64,000 bases of DNA from Syntrophomonadaceae bacterium. GTDB lineage: Bacteria; Bacillota; Syntrophomonadia; Syntrophomonadales; DTU052. Below the pieces are notes generated by a model. It saw nothing but the letters and a program-made list of their open reading frames with translations, was not told where the DNA came from and did not search any database. The translations under genes and the position numbers were made by a program. Location: contig JAAYDA010000046.1 of assembly GCA_012729505.1 (NCBI GenBank), forward strand, positions 15,384 through 79,383, written 5' to 3'. Numbering within the stretch: the stretch's first letter is position 1; every line of letters begins with the position of its first letter. Positions 42,745-53,445 of this stretch are shown in pieces.

Positions 42745-45159
42745 TTGAATGATACTCAAATTGATCGGCATACCTCCGGGAGGCCGTCCCGGCCCAAAAT
42801 ATTGCTTTTTAATTCCAATCCCTCCCGGCCCTGGACTTACCTGCTCAGATGGCTGGATCTGGAGACCATAATCCTGTGGGCGGTGGCTTTTCTTCTGGGG
42901 AGATCGTTTATTTTGGGAGAAATACTTCCTTTCGCAGCGGCTTATACTGCTGCTTTTGCCACGCGAAACCGCAGGCTGGCTTGGGGAATTCCTCTGTTTG
43001 CAATAATGGGACTGTTGACCATGGCGGAAGGACAGTTGCTGTGGAGCAACGTTGCAGCCATTATTGGAGTGGCGGTTCTGCTCCGGAGGGTAACCCTCAC
43101 CGATAGACGGCGCTGGGTGGCTTTGCCTTTTCTGACGGCTGCCGTAATAATTGTCACCAAGGTAACGGCTTTGTTGTTAACCGGCTCTACCCACTATATG
43201 GAAATAATTATCTTTTTTGAGGCGATAACTGCCGGTATTTTGACTTTTGTGATCATGGTGGCCCGGGAAGCCCTGGAAAAACAAATTTCGCCCCGGGAGT
43301 TCTCTTTTGAGGATATGACTGCCTGGGTGATTCTGGGGGTCGGGGTTCTTATCGGCCTGTCGGGGCTGGAACTGATAGGCTTTTCCATCGCCGGCATTGC
43401 CTCCCGGCTGGCTATATTGCTGGCGGCCTTTGTTTGGGGAATTGGAGGAGGTGCAATCGTAGGAGTGGCTGTGGGAGTCATACCTTCGGTAGCGACTCTC
43501 GCTTTGTCTAAGACTCTGGCTATTTATGCTTTGTCTGGATTGTTGGCCGGAGTATTTCGCGATTTCGGCCGGATAGGGGTTGTATTGGGATTTGTTACCG
43601 GTAATATGATCATGTCGGTTTTTCTTATGAATTCCAATCAAGCCTTGCTGAGTATTTGGGAGACATTGCTGGGAGTCGCCGTTTTCCTGGTGCTTCCCCG
43701 TGATATTGAAGAACGTATGCCGCTAAAATCCTTGGGGAGGTTGGGAGAAGCAGGCCGGGAGGAATTTGACGGCAGTGAGATTAAAGAGTGGACGGCGGAG
43801 AGAATGAATAACCTGGCCCGGGTATTTGAGGAAATATCTATGACTTTTGCCGAGTCTGAGCCAGTTAAATCCGAGGGGGGGCAACCCGCTTACGTGGGCC
43901 GGTTGATGGAGGATATTGCAGAAGGTTTGTGTACCAATTGCGCCATCCACTCAACCTGCTGGGAAAAAGAATTTTATCAGACCTACCGTGATTTCTTTAA
44001 TCTGATGAGCCTGATGGAATTGAAAGGTGAGGTATCCTATGATGATCTGCCGGTGGAGGTGAGAAGGCGCTGCCTGCGAGCTCGTGAATTAGGGGGAGTT
44101 GTCAAACGGGTAATTCAGACTGCACAGGTAAACGACTATTGGGAAGAGAAAATTGAAGAGTCCCGAGACATGTTGTCCCAGCAGCTTAAAGGAGTCAGTG
44201 GTCTTATCAAGAACCTGGCCCAGGAGATAGAATTTAAAATGGTAGTAGACACCGATCTGCAGGCCAGGCTGGCTCAGGAGTGCAAGGACCTGGGAGTGCC
44301 GGTTCGTCAGGTGCTGCCGGTGGTGAGTGATACGGATCAGGTATTTATTCGTATAACGGCTGATGCCTGTTTGGACCGGGAGACCTGTGACAACATATTG
44401 GCGCCGGCGATTTCTTGCTTGATGGAAACCCGTTATGAAGTCAGTCACCGCAAATGCCCCCGGGGCAGTTGGGGAACCTGTGAATGCACCTTAGCACGGG
44501 CCTTTAACTATAAGATTGCCACCGGGGTTTCCCAGCTGGCCAAGTCAGATGTATCCGGGGACAGTTTTAATATAGTGACTCTCAAGGACGGGCGCGAATT
44601 GATAGTCTTAAGTGACGGCATGGGGAGAGGCCGCAAAGCTGCTCAGGAAAGCAAGGCCACCGTAAATCTTTTGGAGGAATTGTTTAATATCGGCTTTGGT
44701 CAGGAGGTGGCCTTGAAAACGGTGAACTCCATCTTGATGTTACGCCATCGGGAAAGCTTTGCCACCGTTGATCTGGCATTAATTGATCTATACAGTGGGG
44801 AATTAGACTCAGTGAAAATCGGCGGAGGTCCTTCCTTTCTCAAGCGAGGACCGCGAGTGGGGATAATCTCCAATAATAGTCTGCCTATCGGTATAGTAGA
44901 GGATTTGGATTTTCCCAGTGAAAGGCGGGCGCTTATACCCGGAGATATTTTGGTCTTGGTCACTGATGGAATTATTGATCCCGGCAAACTGGTGGATGGA
45001 AGGGGATTGTGGCTGCGGGACTACTTGGCCCAGACTAACGAAAATGATCCTCATCGTCTCTCGGAAATGATTATCAACAAAGCCTTGGCCCTGGCCCGGG
45101 GAGAGCCCCGGGATGACATGAGCGTTATTTGTGCCCGGGTCGAGTATAATGTCAAATAA
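42745..45159 (+). CDS. spoIIE: Stage II sporulation protein E (membrane PP2C phosphatase)
   Basis: 804 aa, with about 10 N-terminal TM helices and a C-terminal PP2C domain (VSGDSF ... LSDGMGRG ... LVTDG). Confidence 0.95.
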   Translation: MNDTQIDRHTSGRPSRPKILLFNSNPSRPWTYLLRWLDLETIILWAVAFLLGRSFILGEILPFAAAYTAAFATRNRRLAWGIPLFAIMGLLTMAEGQLLWSNVAAIIGVAVLLRRVTLTDRRRWVALPFLTAAVIIVTKVTALLLTGSTHYMEIIIFFEAITAGILTFVIMVAREALEKQISPREFSFEDMTAWVILGVGVLIGLSGLELIGFSIAGIASRLAILLAAFVWGIGGGAIVGVAVGVIPSVATLALSKTLAIYALSGLLAGVFRDFGRIGVVLGFVTGNMIMSVFLMNSNQALLSIWETLLGVAVFLVLPRDIEERMPLKSLGRLGEAGREEFDGSEIKEWTAERMNNLARVFEEISMTFAESEPVKSEGGQPAYVGRLMEDIAEGLCTNCAIHSTCWEKEFYQTYRDFFNLMSLMELKGEVSYDDLPVEVRRRCLRARELGGVVKRVIQTAQVNDYWEEKIEESRDMLSQQLKGVSGLIKNLAQEIEFKMVVDTDLQARLAQECKDLGVPVRQVLPVVSDTDQVFIRITADACLDRETCDNILAPAISCLMETRYEVSHRKCPRGSWGTCECTLARAFNYKIATGVSQLAKSDVSGDSFNIVTLKDGRELIVLSDGMGRGRKAAQESKATVNLLEELFNIGFGQEVALKTVNSILMLRHRESFATVDLALIDLYSGELDSVKIGGGPSFLKRGPRVGIISNNSLPIGIVEDLDFPSERRALIPGDILVLVTDGIIDPGKLVDGRGLWLRDYLAQTNENDPHRLSEMIINKALALARGEPRDDMSVICARVEYNVK

Positions 45160-45209
45160 AAAACTGCCATAGTCTGTTAATCCCGTATTGAATAAGTTAT
45201 TTCCGCAAA

Positions 45210-45250
45210 CATACCGGATGTGGTGAAAAACACCCGGTGTGTTTTTATTT
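45210..45250 (+). terminator. Rho-independent terminator of spoIIE
   Basis: CATACCGG-N16-CCGGTGTG followed by TTTTTATTTT. Confidence 0.6.
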
Positions 45251-45276
45251 TAGCGCTATTCTGAGATAATCATTAT

Positions 45277-46665
45277 ATGGATGTTTACAGAATTCGCAAA
45301 GAGGTAACCAACTTCATCAAGGAACATAATCTGATTGCTCCGGGCGAAATGGTAGTGGCTGGAGTTTCTGGCGGGCCGGACTCGGTAGCACTCCTGCACA
45401 TTTTGCTGGAGTTGAGGTGTGAGCTGGACTTTGCAGTGGGTGCAGCTCATTTGCATCACGGTCTGCGGGCTGAAGCAGACTTGGATCAGCGGCTGGTTGA
45501 GGATTTATGCCGGGAATGGCAGGTTCCCCTGCAGGTGAAGTGGGTGGATGTGGCCCGTAAAGCGGCGGAGGAAAAAAAATCTCTGGAGGATGCGGGCCGT
45601 GATGCGCGCTATAGCTTTCTGGAAGAGGTCCGCAAGCAATGGGGGGCTCACAAGATAGCGACTGCTCATCATCGGGGTGATCAGGCGGAAACGGTTCTGA
45701 TGCATCTCATTCAGGGAACAGGCGCCCAGGGGCTTCAGGGAATTTTGCCGCGATGGGGAGCCATAATCAGACCTCTGCTGGAATTGAGTCAGGACCAGAT
45801 AAAGGATTATTTGCAAAATCAAGACCTGCCGTATCGTATTGATTCTTCGAACTTTGACAAAACTTATCTCAGGAACCGGATTCGATGGGAGCTCATTCCT
45901 CTGTTAGAGGAAAAGTTTAATCCGGCCATAACTGATTCGTTGTGCCAGTTGGCGGCAGTGATGAAAGAAGAAAACGAGTACTGGGATCAACGGGTGGGTG
46001 AAGCATGGGAAAGAACAGTAACGGTTACTGAACCTGGAGGCCCGGCCTTGAAAGCAAAAATCGATGAAATCCTGGTTCTTCCACTGGCATTGCAGCGCCG
46101 GCTAATTCATTATATGCTGCGAACAGCCGGATGTGGGCGGGGAAGCCGTCATGATGTGCAAAGGATTCTGGACCTGATGAGGGGTGAAGGTTCAAATCGC
46201 CGAGTCCCTGTTTCCGGTGGTATGTGGGTAAGGAAATCCTATAATTATTTGGAGTTTGGAATCGATGCCCACTCCGGAACGGATTATTGCTATCTTCTGG
46301 AGGTTCCCGGGACTGTTGAAGTATCTGAAACAGGCTGGTCTTTTGCTGCTCGCCTGCTGAAGGATAAATCCGCTTTATCCCCTGAGGCTACTTATTTGGA
46401 TTGGGAAAATCTGCAGAAGCCCCTATATATCCGCTCCCGGCAGCCGGGTGACCGTTTCCGGCCTTTGGGAATGAAGGGAAGCAAAAAGCTAAAGGACTAC
46501 TTTATTGATGCCAGAATTCCTTGGGCTGAGCGAAACTGGACTCCGATTGTGGCTTCTGATGATGAGATTTATTGGATAGTGGGTCATCGCCTGGATGAGC
46601 GGGCCCGCGTAACCGACGATACCCGGTGTTTATTAGAAATAAATGTAACAAAGAGAGGTAAATAG
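45277..46665 (+). CDS. tilS: tRNA(Ile)-lysidine synthetase
   Basis: 462 aa with the PP-loop motif VAGVSGGPDS. Confidence 0.95.
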   Translation: MDVYRIRKEVTNFIKEHNLIAPGEMVVAGVSGGPDSVALLHILLELRCELDFAVGAAHLHHGLRAEADLDQRLVEDLCREWQVPLQVKWVDVARKAAEEKKSLEDAGRDARYSFLEEVRKQWGAHKIATAHHRGDQAETVLMHLIQGTGAQGLQGILPRWGAIIRPLLELSQDQIKDYLQNQDLPYRIDSSNFDKTYLRNRIRWELIPLLEEKFNPAITDSLCQLAAVMKEENEYWDQRVGEAWERTVTVTEPGGPALKAKIDEILVLPLALQRRLIHYMLRTAGCGRGSRHDVQRILDLMRGEGSNRRVPVSGGMWVRKSYNYLEFGIDAHSGTDYCYLLEVPGTVEVSETGWSFAARLLKDKSALSPEATYLDWENLQKPLYIRSRQPGDRFRPLGMKGSKKLKDYFIDARIPWAERNWTPIVASDDEIYWIVGHRLDERARVTDDTRCLLEINVTKRGK

Positions 46666-46673
46666 CACATTCA

Positions 46674-46703
46674 TTGCCAAAGAAAATTGAGTTATGCTAC
46701 AAT
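46674..46703 (+). promoter_or_regulatory. SigA-type promoter for ftsH (TTGCCA-18-TGcTACAAT)
   Basis: TTGCCA at 46674-46679 and TACAAT at 46698-46703, with a TG extension. Confidence 0.5.
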
Positions 46704-46733
46704 ATGACAGACTGACTAAGGGGAGGGACAGAT

Positions 46734-48551
46734 TTGGAGAGAACTCTAAAAAACTTGGCACTTTACGCTTTACTTGTGCTGCTGGTCTTTTTTGCAATAA
46801 AAATGACTTCCCCCATTGACGAGGTAACCCAAGAGATTGACTACACTGAATTTTATCAGGCCGTCATTACTGATAAAGTCAAGAGTGTTACAATTACACC
46901 GGATCGGGATATTTACGTTATTGAGGGGATATATAAAGACGGTAAGCTGTTTACTACTATTGCTCTTCCGGAAGAGAATCTTCCCGAGATATTAAGGGAT
47001 CATAATGTAACCGTTATGCCGGAACCTACGCCGGAGCCGAAGTGGTGGGTAGGGGTACTGACGACTTTCTTGCCTATTTTATTGTTGATTGGATTTATGG
47101 TTTTCATGATGCAGCAGTCCCAGGGGGGCGGGAATAAGGTAATGCAGTTTGGCCGCAGCCGGGCGCGGATGATGGCGCCTGAAACGGTTAAAGTGACTTT
47201 TGCGGATGTGGCCGGAGCCGACGAGGCCAAGGAAGAGCTTCAGGAGGTTATAGATTTTCTGCAAAGTCCGGCTAAGTTTACGCAAATCGGGGCAAAAATA
47301 CCCAAGGGAGTCCTGCTTTATGGCGCTCCGGGAACCGGAAAGACTCTGATGGCCAAGGCCGTGGCCGGGGAGGCGGGAGTGCCTTTCTTCTCCATAAGCG
47401 GTTCCGATTTTGTGGAGATGTTTGTGGGGGTAGGGGCGGCCCGGGTTCGTGACCTGTTTGAGCAGGCCAAAAAGAATTCACCCTGTATAGTGTTTATTGA
47501 CGAAATCGATGCGGTAGGCCGGCAAAGAGGCGCCGGATTAGGCGGCGGTCATGATGAAAGAGAACAGACCCTCAATCAGCTTCTGGTGGAGATGGATGGA
47601 TTCACTGCCAATGAAGCAATTATTGTTATGGCAGCAACTAACCGGCCGGACATACTTGATCCTGCCCTGTTGCGGCCGGGCAGGTTTGACCGCCATATCA
47701 CCATTGATCGTCCCGATGTTAAAGGCCGTCGGGCGATTCTGGAAGTTCATATGCGCAACAAGCCTATGGATGATAACATCGACCTGGAGGTTCTGGCTAA
47801 GAGAACTCCTGGATTTACCGGAGCTGATCTGGCTAACATGGTAAATGAAGGAGCTCTGCTTTCGGCGCGGCGGGGCTTAACCGTGGTGGGGATGCAAGAG
47901 CTGGAAGAGGCTATTGAGCGTGTTATAGCCGGACCGGAGAAAAAATCCCGGGTTATATCTGAAAATGAAAAACGGCTGGTTGCTTACCACGAGGCAGGAC
48001 ACGCTGTAGTAAGCTACTTTATGGAGCATTCCGATAAACTCCATAAGATATCAATAATCCCTCGGGGTAGGGCAGGGGGTTATACCTTGCTGCTGCCGGA
48101 AGAGGATCGCAATTATATGACCCGCAGCCGGCTTTTGGATGATGTGGTCATCCTCATGGGAGGAAGGGTAGCGGAGAGTATAGCATTAAACGAGATCAGC
48201 ACCGGGGCCCAGAACGATCTGCAGCGGGCTACCGAAATCGTGCGTCGGATGATAACCGAATACGGAATGTCCGAAACTTTGGGGCCATTAACCTTTGGCC
48301 GTCGTCAAGAGGAAGTATTTCTGGGCCGGGATCTGGGGCATGACCGAAATTATTCGGATGCCATTGCTTATGCCATTGACCAGGAGGCCCATGAATTTGT
48401 GGAAAGATCCTATGAGCGCGCTAAAAATATTCTGGAAAATAACTTGGAAAAACTGCATAAGGTAGCCCAATTCCTAATGACCGAAGAAATTATGGATGGA
48501 GAGGTATTCCGGGAGATCATGGAGGGGGAGAAATCTGAGGAGGACCAATAA
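46734..48551 (+). CDS. ftsH: ATP-dependent zinc metalloprotease FtsH
   Basis: 605 aa with Walker A GAPGTGKT, an SRH and the HEAGHA zinc motif. TTG start with a GGGGAGGG SD. Confidence 0.95.
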   Translation: MERTLKNLALYALLVLLVFFAIKMTSPIDEVTQEIDYTEFYQAVITDKVKSVTITPDRDIYVIEGIYKDGKLFTTIALPEENLPEILRDHNVTVMPEPTPEPKWWVGVLTTFLPILLLIGFMVFMMQQSQGGGNKVMQFGRSRARMMAPETVKVTFADVAGADEAKEELQEVIDFLQSPAKFTQIGAKIPKGVLLYGAPGTGKTLMAKAVAGEAGVPFFSISGSDFVEMFVGVGAARVRDLFEQAKKNSPCIVFIDEIDAVGRQRGAGLGGGHDEREQTLNQLLVEMDGFTANEAIIVMAATNRPDILDPALLRPGRFDRHITIDRPDVKGRRAILEVHMRNKPMDDNIDLEVLAKRTPGFTGADLANMVNEGALLSARRGLTVVGMQELEEAIERVIAGPEKKSRVISENEKRLVAYHEAGHAVVSYFMEHSDKLHKISIIPRGRAGGYTLLLPEEDRNYMTRSRLLDDVVILMGGRVAESIALNEISTGAQNDLQRATEIVRRMITEYGMSETLGPLTFGRRQEEVFLGRDLGHDRNYSDAIAYAIDQEAHEFVERSYERAKNILENNLEKLHKVAQFLMTEEIMDGEVFREIMEGEKSEEDQ

Positions 48552-48956
48552 TTGGAACAGACTTTCTTTATGATTAAACCTGATGGAGTTAGGCGTGGAT
48601 TAATCGGGTCCATTATTTCCCGATTGGAGACTAAAGGCTTTCGCCTGGTGGCGCTGAAAATGTTGACGATAAGTCCTGAGATGGCTAGGGAACATTATGC
48701 GGAACACCAGGGTAAGTCTTTCTTTAATGAACTAACCGATTTTATCACTTCTGGGCCGGTAGTGGCCATGGTTTGGGAAGGGCCTGCAGTAATAAAGGCT
48801 GTCCGTACGATGATGGGAGCAACCGATCCGGCTGAAGCCGATCCCGGCACCATTCGTGGAGATATGGCCGTATCCTTGTCTGAAAATGTTGTGCATGGCT
48901 CCGATTCCCCCATAGCAGCAGCCCGGGAAATAGGTTTATTCTTTCGAGATCTATAA
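48552..48956 (+). CDS. ndk: Nucleoside diphosphate kinase
   Basis: 134 aa with [12 protein letters not shown] and the NVVHGSDS active-site region. TTG start abuts the ftsH stop. Confidence 0.9.
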   Translation: MEQTFFMIKPDGVRRGLIGSIISRLETKGFRLVALKMLTISPEMAREHYAEHQGKSFFNELTDFITSGPVVAMVWEGPAVIKAVRTMMGATDPAEADPGTIRGDMAVSLSENVVHGSDSPIAAAREIGLFFRDL

Positions 48957-48983
48957 ACAATAAAGAGTGAGGGGGAGCAAACC

Positions 48984-50651
48984 ATGAAGACTGATGCGGA
49001 AATTGCCCAAGAGGCCAGTCTGGAGAAAATTCAGGTCATCGCCGAAAAGGCAGGGTTACGGGAAGATGAAATTGAGCTTTATGGAAGCAACAAAGCCAAA
49101 ATATCTCTGGCAGCTATGGAAAGAGTTCGTAACCAGAAGCAGGGCAAACTGGTTTTAGTTACGGCCGTCACTCCAACTGCCGCCGGTGAGGGAAAGACTA
49201 CCGTCACTATAGGTTTAGGTCAGGCCCTTAACCGCTTGGGGAAAAAGGCCATTATCGCTTTGCGTGAACCCAGTTTGGGCCCCTGTTTTGGGGTAAAAGG
49301 CGGGGCGACTGGCGGAGGCTACTCTCAAGTGGTACCTATGGAGGACATCAATCTTCATTTTACCGGTGATATCCACGCAGTCAGCACGGCTCACAATCTG
49401 CTGGCTGATCTGGTCAACAACAGCTATTATTTCGACAATCCTCTGGGAATTTCCCCCACGCGGATAACCTGGCCCCGGGTGATTGATCTGAATGATCGGT
49501 TTTTACGCCGGATAGTAATTGGCTTGGGAGGCAAAGCCCACGGAATACCTTTGGAAACCAGCTTTGATATTTCCGTGGCCTCCGAGGTTATGGCCTGTCT
49601 GTGCCTGGCCCGGGATTTAACCGATCTTAGAGAACGTCTCAGCCGAATTATCGTGGCTTATTCTGAAACAGGCCGGCCATTAACTGCCCAGGAAATGCAG
49701 GCAATTGGCTCTATGACTGTTTTACTCAAAGATGCCATCAAACCCAATCTGGTACAAACTCTGGAGAACACCCCCGCCTTCATTCACGGAGGGCCTTTCG
49801 CTAATATTGCTCACGGCTGCTCCAGCGTAATTGCTACGGAGCTCGGGCTCCGGCTGGGAGAATATCTGGTTACGGAGGCCGGTTTTGGTGCGGACCTGGG
49901 CGCCGAGAAGTTTTTTGATCTGAAATGCCGCCAGTTGGGAAGAGGGCCTGATGCCGTAGTAGTCGTGGCTTCGATTAGGGCTCTGAAGCTCCATGGCGGT
50001 GCAGACAAAGCCCGTTTGACTGAGCCGGATGAGAATGCGGTTCAAAAGGGGCTGGGCAACCTCCACAAGCATCTGGAAAACATAAGCAAATTCGGATTGC
50101 CTGCCGTAGTGGCACTAAACCGATTCCCCAGTGATACTGACGGAGAAATCGACGTAGTACGTAATTCCTGCCAGAAGATTGGCGCCGGCTTCGCTCTGTC
50201 CGAGGTTTGGGCCCGGGGAGGCCAGGGAGGACAGGAGTTGGCCCAGAAGGTCATGGAAGCTGCTGAAAAGCCGTCTGACTTCCGTTATCTTTATGAGCTG
50301 GACCGTCCTTTGAAAGAGAAAATCGAGACTATTGCCCGGGAGATTTATGGAGCTAAGCGGGTGGATTACCTGGCAGCGGCTGAAAAATCTCTGCAGGAGC
50401 TGGAAAAGATGGGTTTTGGAGACTTGCCCATCTGTGTGGCTAAAACTCAATATTCTTTATCGGATGACCCCGCCTTGCTGGGCAGACCTGATGACTTTAT
50501 AGTAACCGTAAGAGATGTGCGAATATCTGCCGGAGCTCGATTTGTGGTGGTTTTGATGGGGAATATTGTCACCTTGCCGGGGCTTTCTCGCCATCCGGCT
50601 GCACACCATATTGATATAGACGACGATGGTCGCATAAGCGGATTGTTTTAA
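48984..50651 (+). CDS. fhs: Formate--tetrahydrofolate ligase
   Basis: 555 aa with [11 protein letters not shown] and FANIAHG motifs. Confidence 0.95.
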   Translation: MKTDAEIAQEASLEKIQVIAEKAGLREDEIELYGSNKAKISLAAMERVRNQKQGKLVLVTAVTPTAAGEGKTTVTIGLGQALNRLGKKAIIALREPSLGPCFGVKGGATGGGYSQVVPMEDINLHFTGDIHAVSTAHNLLADLVNNSYYFDNPLGISPTRITWPRVIDLNDRFLRRIVIGLGGKAHGIPLETSFDISVASEVMACLCLARDLTDLRERLSRIIVAYSETGRPLTAQEMQAIGSMTVLLKDAIKPNLVQTLENTPAFIHGGPFANIAHGCSSVIATELGLRLGEYLVTEAGFGADLGAEKFFDLKCRQLGRGPDAVVVVASIRALKLHGGADKARLTEPDENAVQKGLGNLHKHLENISKFGLPAVVALNRFPSDTDGEIDVVRNSCQKIGAGFALSEVWARGGQGGQELAQKVMEAAEKPSDFRYLYELDRPLKEKIETIAREIYGAKRVDYLAAAEKSLQELEKMGFGDLPICVAKTQYSLSDDPALLGRPDDFIVTVRDVRISAGARFVVVLMGNIVTLPGLSRHPAAHHIDIDDDGRISGLF

Positions 50652-50698
50652 ATAACCCAAGGCAAATCGTTAGCATGTTAGTGGCCGGGGAAAATGTC

Positions 50699-50778
50699 GG
50701 GGACGGGAGGCACAAACGTTCAAGATTTGGCTCCCGCCTGGCTGCGTCGGAATTCATCCCGTGCCTCCTCCTCGTCCC
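50699..50778. repeat. Purine-rich / pyrimidine-rich inverted-repeat element (R2)
   Basis: GGGGACGGGAGGCAC at 50699-50713 pairs with GTGCCTCCTCCTCGTCCC at 50761-50778. The inner AAGATTTGGCTCCCGCC is shared with R1. Confidence 0.55.
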
Positions 50779-50799
50779 AATAGTGAGCCGATTATAGCA

Positions 50800-50828
50800 T
50801 TGAAGCTACGCCTTTATGGCTGTATAAT
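50800..50828 (+). promoter_or_regulatory. SigA-type promoter for the HD-folP-folBK operon (TTGAAG-17-TATAAT)
   Basis: TTGAAG at 50800-50805, a 17-nt spacer, TATAAT at 50823-50828. Confidence 0.55.
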
Positions 50829-50876
50829 CAAATTTGAGAGAAGAAATTGAGTGCCAGCGGAGGAGGAGGTTTTGTA

Positions 50877-51398
50877 GTGAGAAGAATCGACAATATCCTC
50901 AAAGACTCTGTCTATATGGAGTATGTGGATCATAATGCTCGGGCTGCCCAAGATGACCCTTTCTGCAAACACGACCTGGTTCACATGGTAGATGTTGCCC
51001 GTATCGCATATATCTTGGTCCTTGAACGTCAGGACATCAATTACTTCATCAAAGAAGCCGGTTTGCGCGGGCGGGAGGCTGCTAAAGAGGTAATTTATGC
51101 AGCCGGCCTTTTACACGATATTGGCAAATGGAAAGAAATCGAGTCCGGGGTGGATCATGCCGCATATGGAGCGCGCCTGGCCCGGGATATACTGGAACGG
51201 TCCGAATTCGATGATAATGAGATCAGCGTAATTACAAGAGCCATTTTTGAGCATCGGAACATATCTCAGGAAATGTCGTTTCTGGGAGAAAGAATGCATC
51301 GCGCCGATAATTTGTCCCGGGTCTGTGCTCAGTGTCTGGCAAAATGTGATTGCTGCAAGTTTAATAATAAAGATGCCGGAGGACTCCTTCTTTACTGA
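50877..51398 (+). CDS. HD-domain phosphohydrolase family protein
   Basis: GTG 50877 with a GGAGGAGG SD 8 nt upstream. H...HD motif (LLHDIGK). Confidence 0.75.
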   Translation: MRRIDNILKDSVYMEYVDHNARAAQDDPFCKHDLVHMVDVARIAYILVLERQDINYFIKEAGLRGREAAKEVIYAAGLLHDIGKWKEIESGVDHAAYGARLARDILERSEFDDNEISVITRAIFEHRNISQEMSFLGERMHRADNLSRVCAQCLAKCDCCKFNNKDAGGLLLY

Positions 51399-51436
51399 AG
51401 TTGAAAACAGCATCATTTTTAGAGAGTGGGAAGAAT

Positions 51437-52624
51437 ATGGACGGGATTAGAGTAGTAAGGATTAATGATACTCACGAGGCGGAAGAACTCCTGAGAGAAA
51501 TAGGTGCTGACGAAATGGGAATCAAGATAATGATTCCCAAATCTGTATTTCGTGCTGTCAAGATTAACGGTATCAGGCCCCATGTTGCCAACATAATCAA
51601 GCAGGAAATGTTGTCCAAAGGCGGAGAAGCAGCAGTTAACCGTCAGACAATACTGGGAGGGGAGAATACTGATATTCTTGTGATGGGAACCCTCAAGCAA
51701 TTCGAGCAGCTGTTAATCAAGCTAAGAATTCAGCCTTTTGGATTGAAAAAGCTGGCTGCTCGTATTGAACAGGCTTTGCAGGCTTCTAATTCTAACCGGC
51801 GCTTCAGCCTGAAGCTGCCCAGGGGGAGGACTATCGAGCTGGGAATGAGCACCTTGATAATGGGGGTGCTGAACGTAACTCCCGATTCGTTTTTTGACGG
51901 CGGACTTTATTTGCAACCGGACCAGGCTTGCCTGAGGGCGGAGGAGATGGTGGCACAGGGGGCCGATGTAATCGACCTGGGCGGAGTATCCACCCGGCCG
52001 GGAGCTACACCCGTTTCTTTTGAAGAAGAGGCAAAACGGGTAATTCCTGCTTTGCGGGAGATTAGACAGAAGCTGCCGGACGTCCCTGTTTCGATTGATA
52101 CTTTTAACGCTCAGACGGCTCGGATGGCTCTCCGGGAAGGTGCGGATTTCATCAATGATCCCAGCGGCCTGAAAGCTGATGCGGAAATGATAGAAGTTGC
52201 GGCTGGCTTCGGATGTCCGGTAATAGTTCAGCATAACCGTATGGGTGGCGGTTATCAGGATCTTATGACTGAGATCTTGGGTGATCTGGAAGAAGCCCTG
52301 ACTATGGCCCATGAGGGTGGTATTCAGGACGGGCAGATTATTATAGATCCGGGAATTGGCTTTGGCAAGACTGCGGAACAGAACTTTACTCTCATAAAGA
52401 ATCTGGCGGAATTCAAGGTCCTGGATAAGCCGATTTTGCTGGGAGTATCCAACAAAGCCTTTATTGGCCGGGCCATGGGTGATATGGATGCAGAGCGCGT
52501 AACCGGTTCACTGGCGGCGGCAGTTGTAGGGGTAATGAACGGGGCAGATATGGTCAGGATGCACAACATCGAGGAAACCCGCCGCGCCTTGGCCGTGATT
52601 GATAAAATCAGGAGAGCTTGGTGA
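51437..52624 (+). CDS. folP: Dihydropteroate synthase with an approximately 135-aa N-terminal extension
   Basis: The DHPS core starts at LIMGVLNVTPDSFFDGG. The start is uncertain (ATG 51437 or TTG 51401). Confidence 0.9.
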   Translation: MDGIRVVRINDTHEAEELLREIGADEMGIKIMIPKSVFRAVKINGIRPHVANIIKQEMLSKGGEAAVNRQTILGGENTDILVMGTLKQFEQLLIKLRIQPFGLKKLAARIEQALQASNSNRRFSLKLPRGRTIELGMSTLIMGVLNVTPDSFFDGGLYLQPDQACLRAEEMVAQGADVIDLGGVSTRPGATPVSFEEEAKRVIPALREIRQKLPDVPVSIDTFNAQTARMALREGADFINDPSGLKADAEMIEVAAGFGCPVIVQHNRMGGGYQDLMTEILGDLEEALTMAHEGGIQDGQIIIDPGIGFGKTAEQNFTLIKNLAEFKVLDKPILLGVSNKAFIGRAMGDMDAERVTGSLAAAVVGVMNGADMVRMHNIEETRRALAVIDKIRRAW

Positions 52625-53445
52625 TGGACCAAATAATTTTGGACGGATTGAAATTCTGGGGATGCCATGGAATAACCCCGGAAGAGAAGAATAAGCCCCA
52701 GCCTTTTGAAGTCCACCTGGTTCTGTATCGGGATTTGAGCCGGGCCGGGCAGACTGATTCCATAGATGATACCGTTGATTATTCTCAGGTTTTTGCCGAT
52801 ATCCGCCATATTGTTGAAAAAGAGAGTTTCAACCTGTTGGAAAAAATGGCGGACAGAATCGCTGCTCATGTTTTGGGCTTGAATAAAGTAATTACGGCCC
52901 GGGTAACCGTGAAGAAGCTTAAGCCTCCTATTGGGGGGGAATATCGATCTTTCGGGGTGTCCATTGAAAGAAAAAGAGTTGCCGGTACTGCCTACTTAGG
53001 GTTGGGAACTAATTTGGGCGACCGGGAAAAAAATCTGACTGAAGCAGCAGGATACCTGGAAAAACTCACCTCTACCCGAGTATTAAAATATTCCTCCCGG
53101 TATTATACTTCTCCTTGGGGAAAAACCGACCAACCCGAATTTCTTAACCAAGCGGCAGCAGTCGAAACCTACTTAACCCCTCGGGAGTTACTTCAAGAAA
53201 TGCTGGACATTGAGACCCTGATGGGACGGAAGCGCCTGGAGAAATGGGAGCCTCGGATTATCGATCTCGATCTGCTCCTTTATGGCCGCCAAACAATTCA
53301 GGAACCTGATCTCACCATTCCTCATCCCTATCTGACTCAGCGGGAATTTGTCATAAGACCCCTTCTCGAAATCGAGCCTGATCTTCAATTACCAGACGGA
53401 CGGTTGTTAAAAAGTGAGGCGGGAGGAGTAAGGAGTGAGCGGTAA
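52624..53445 (+). CDS. folB-folK: Bifunctional dihydroneopterin aldolase / HPPK (FolB-FolK fusion)
   Basis: The N-terminal approximately 118 aa are FolB-like (LKFWGCHG...). The C-terminal part is FolK-like (AYLGLGTNLGD ... RIIDLDLL ... IPHP). ATG 52624 overlaps the folP stop (TGATG). Confidence 0.9.
   Translation: MDQIILDGLKFWGCHGITPEEKNKPQPFEVHLVLYRDLSRAGQTDSIDDTVDYSQVFADIRHIVEKESFNLLEKMADRIAAHVLGLNKVITARVTVKKLKPPIGGEYRSFGVSIERKRVAGTAYLGLGTNLGDREKNLTEAAGYLEKLTSTRVLKYSSRYYTSPWGKTDQPEFLNQAAAVETYLTPRELLQEMLDIETLMGRKRLEKWEPRIIDLDLLLYGRQTIQEPDLTIPHPYLTQREFVIRPLLEIEPDLQLPDGRLLKSEAGGVRSER

Noticed and set aside
51722-52869. 196-aa and 181-aa minus-strand ORFs
   Set aside because: They are antisense shadows of folP and folB, and the sense-strand genes are unambiguous.
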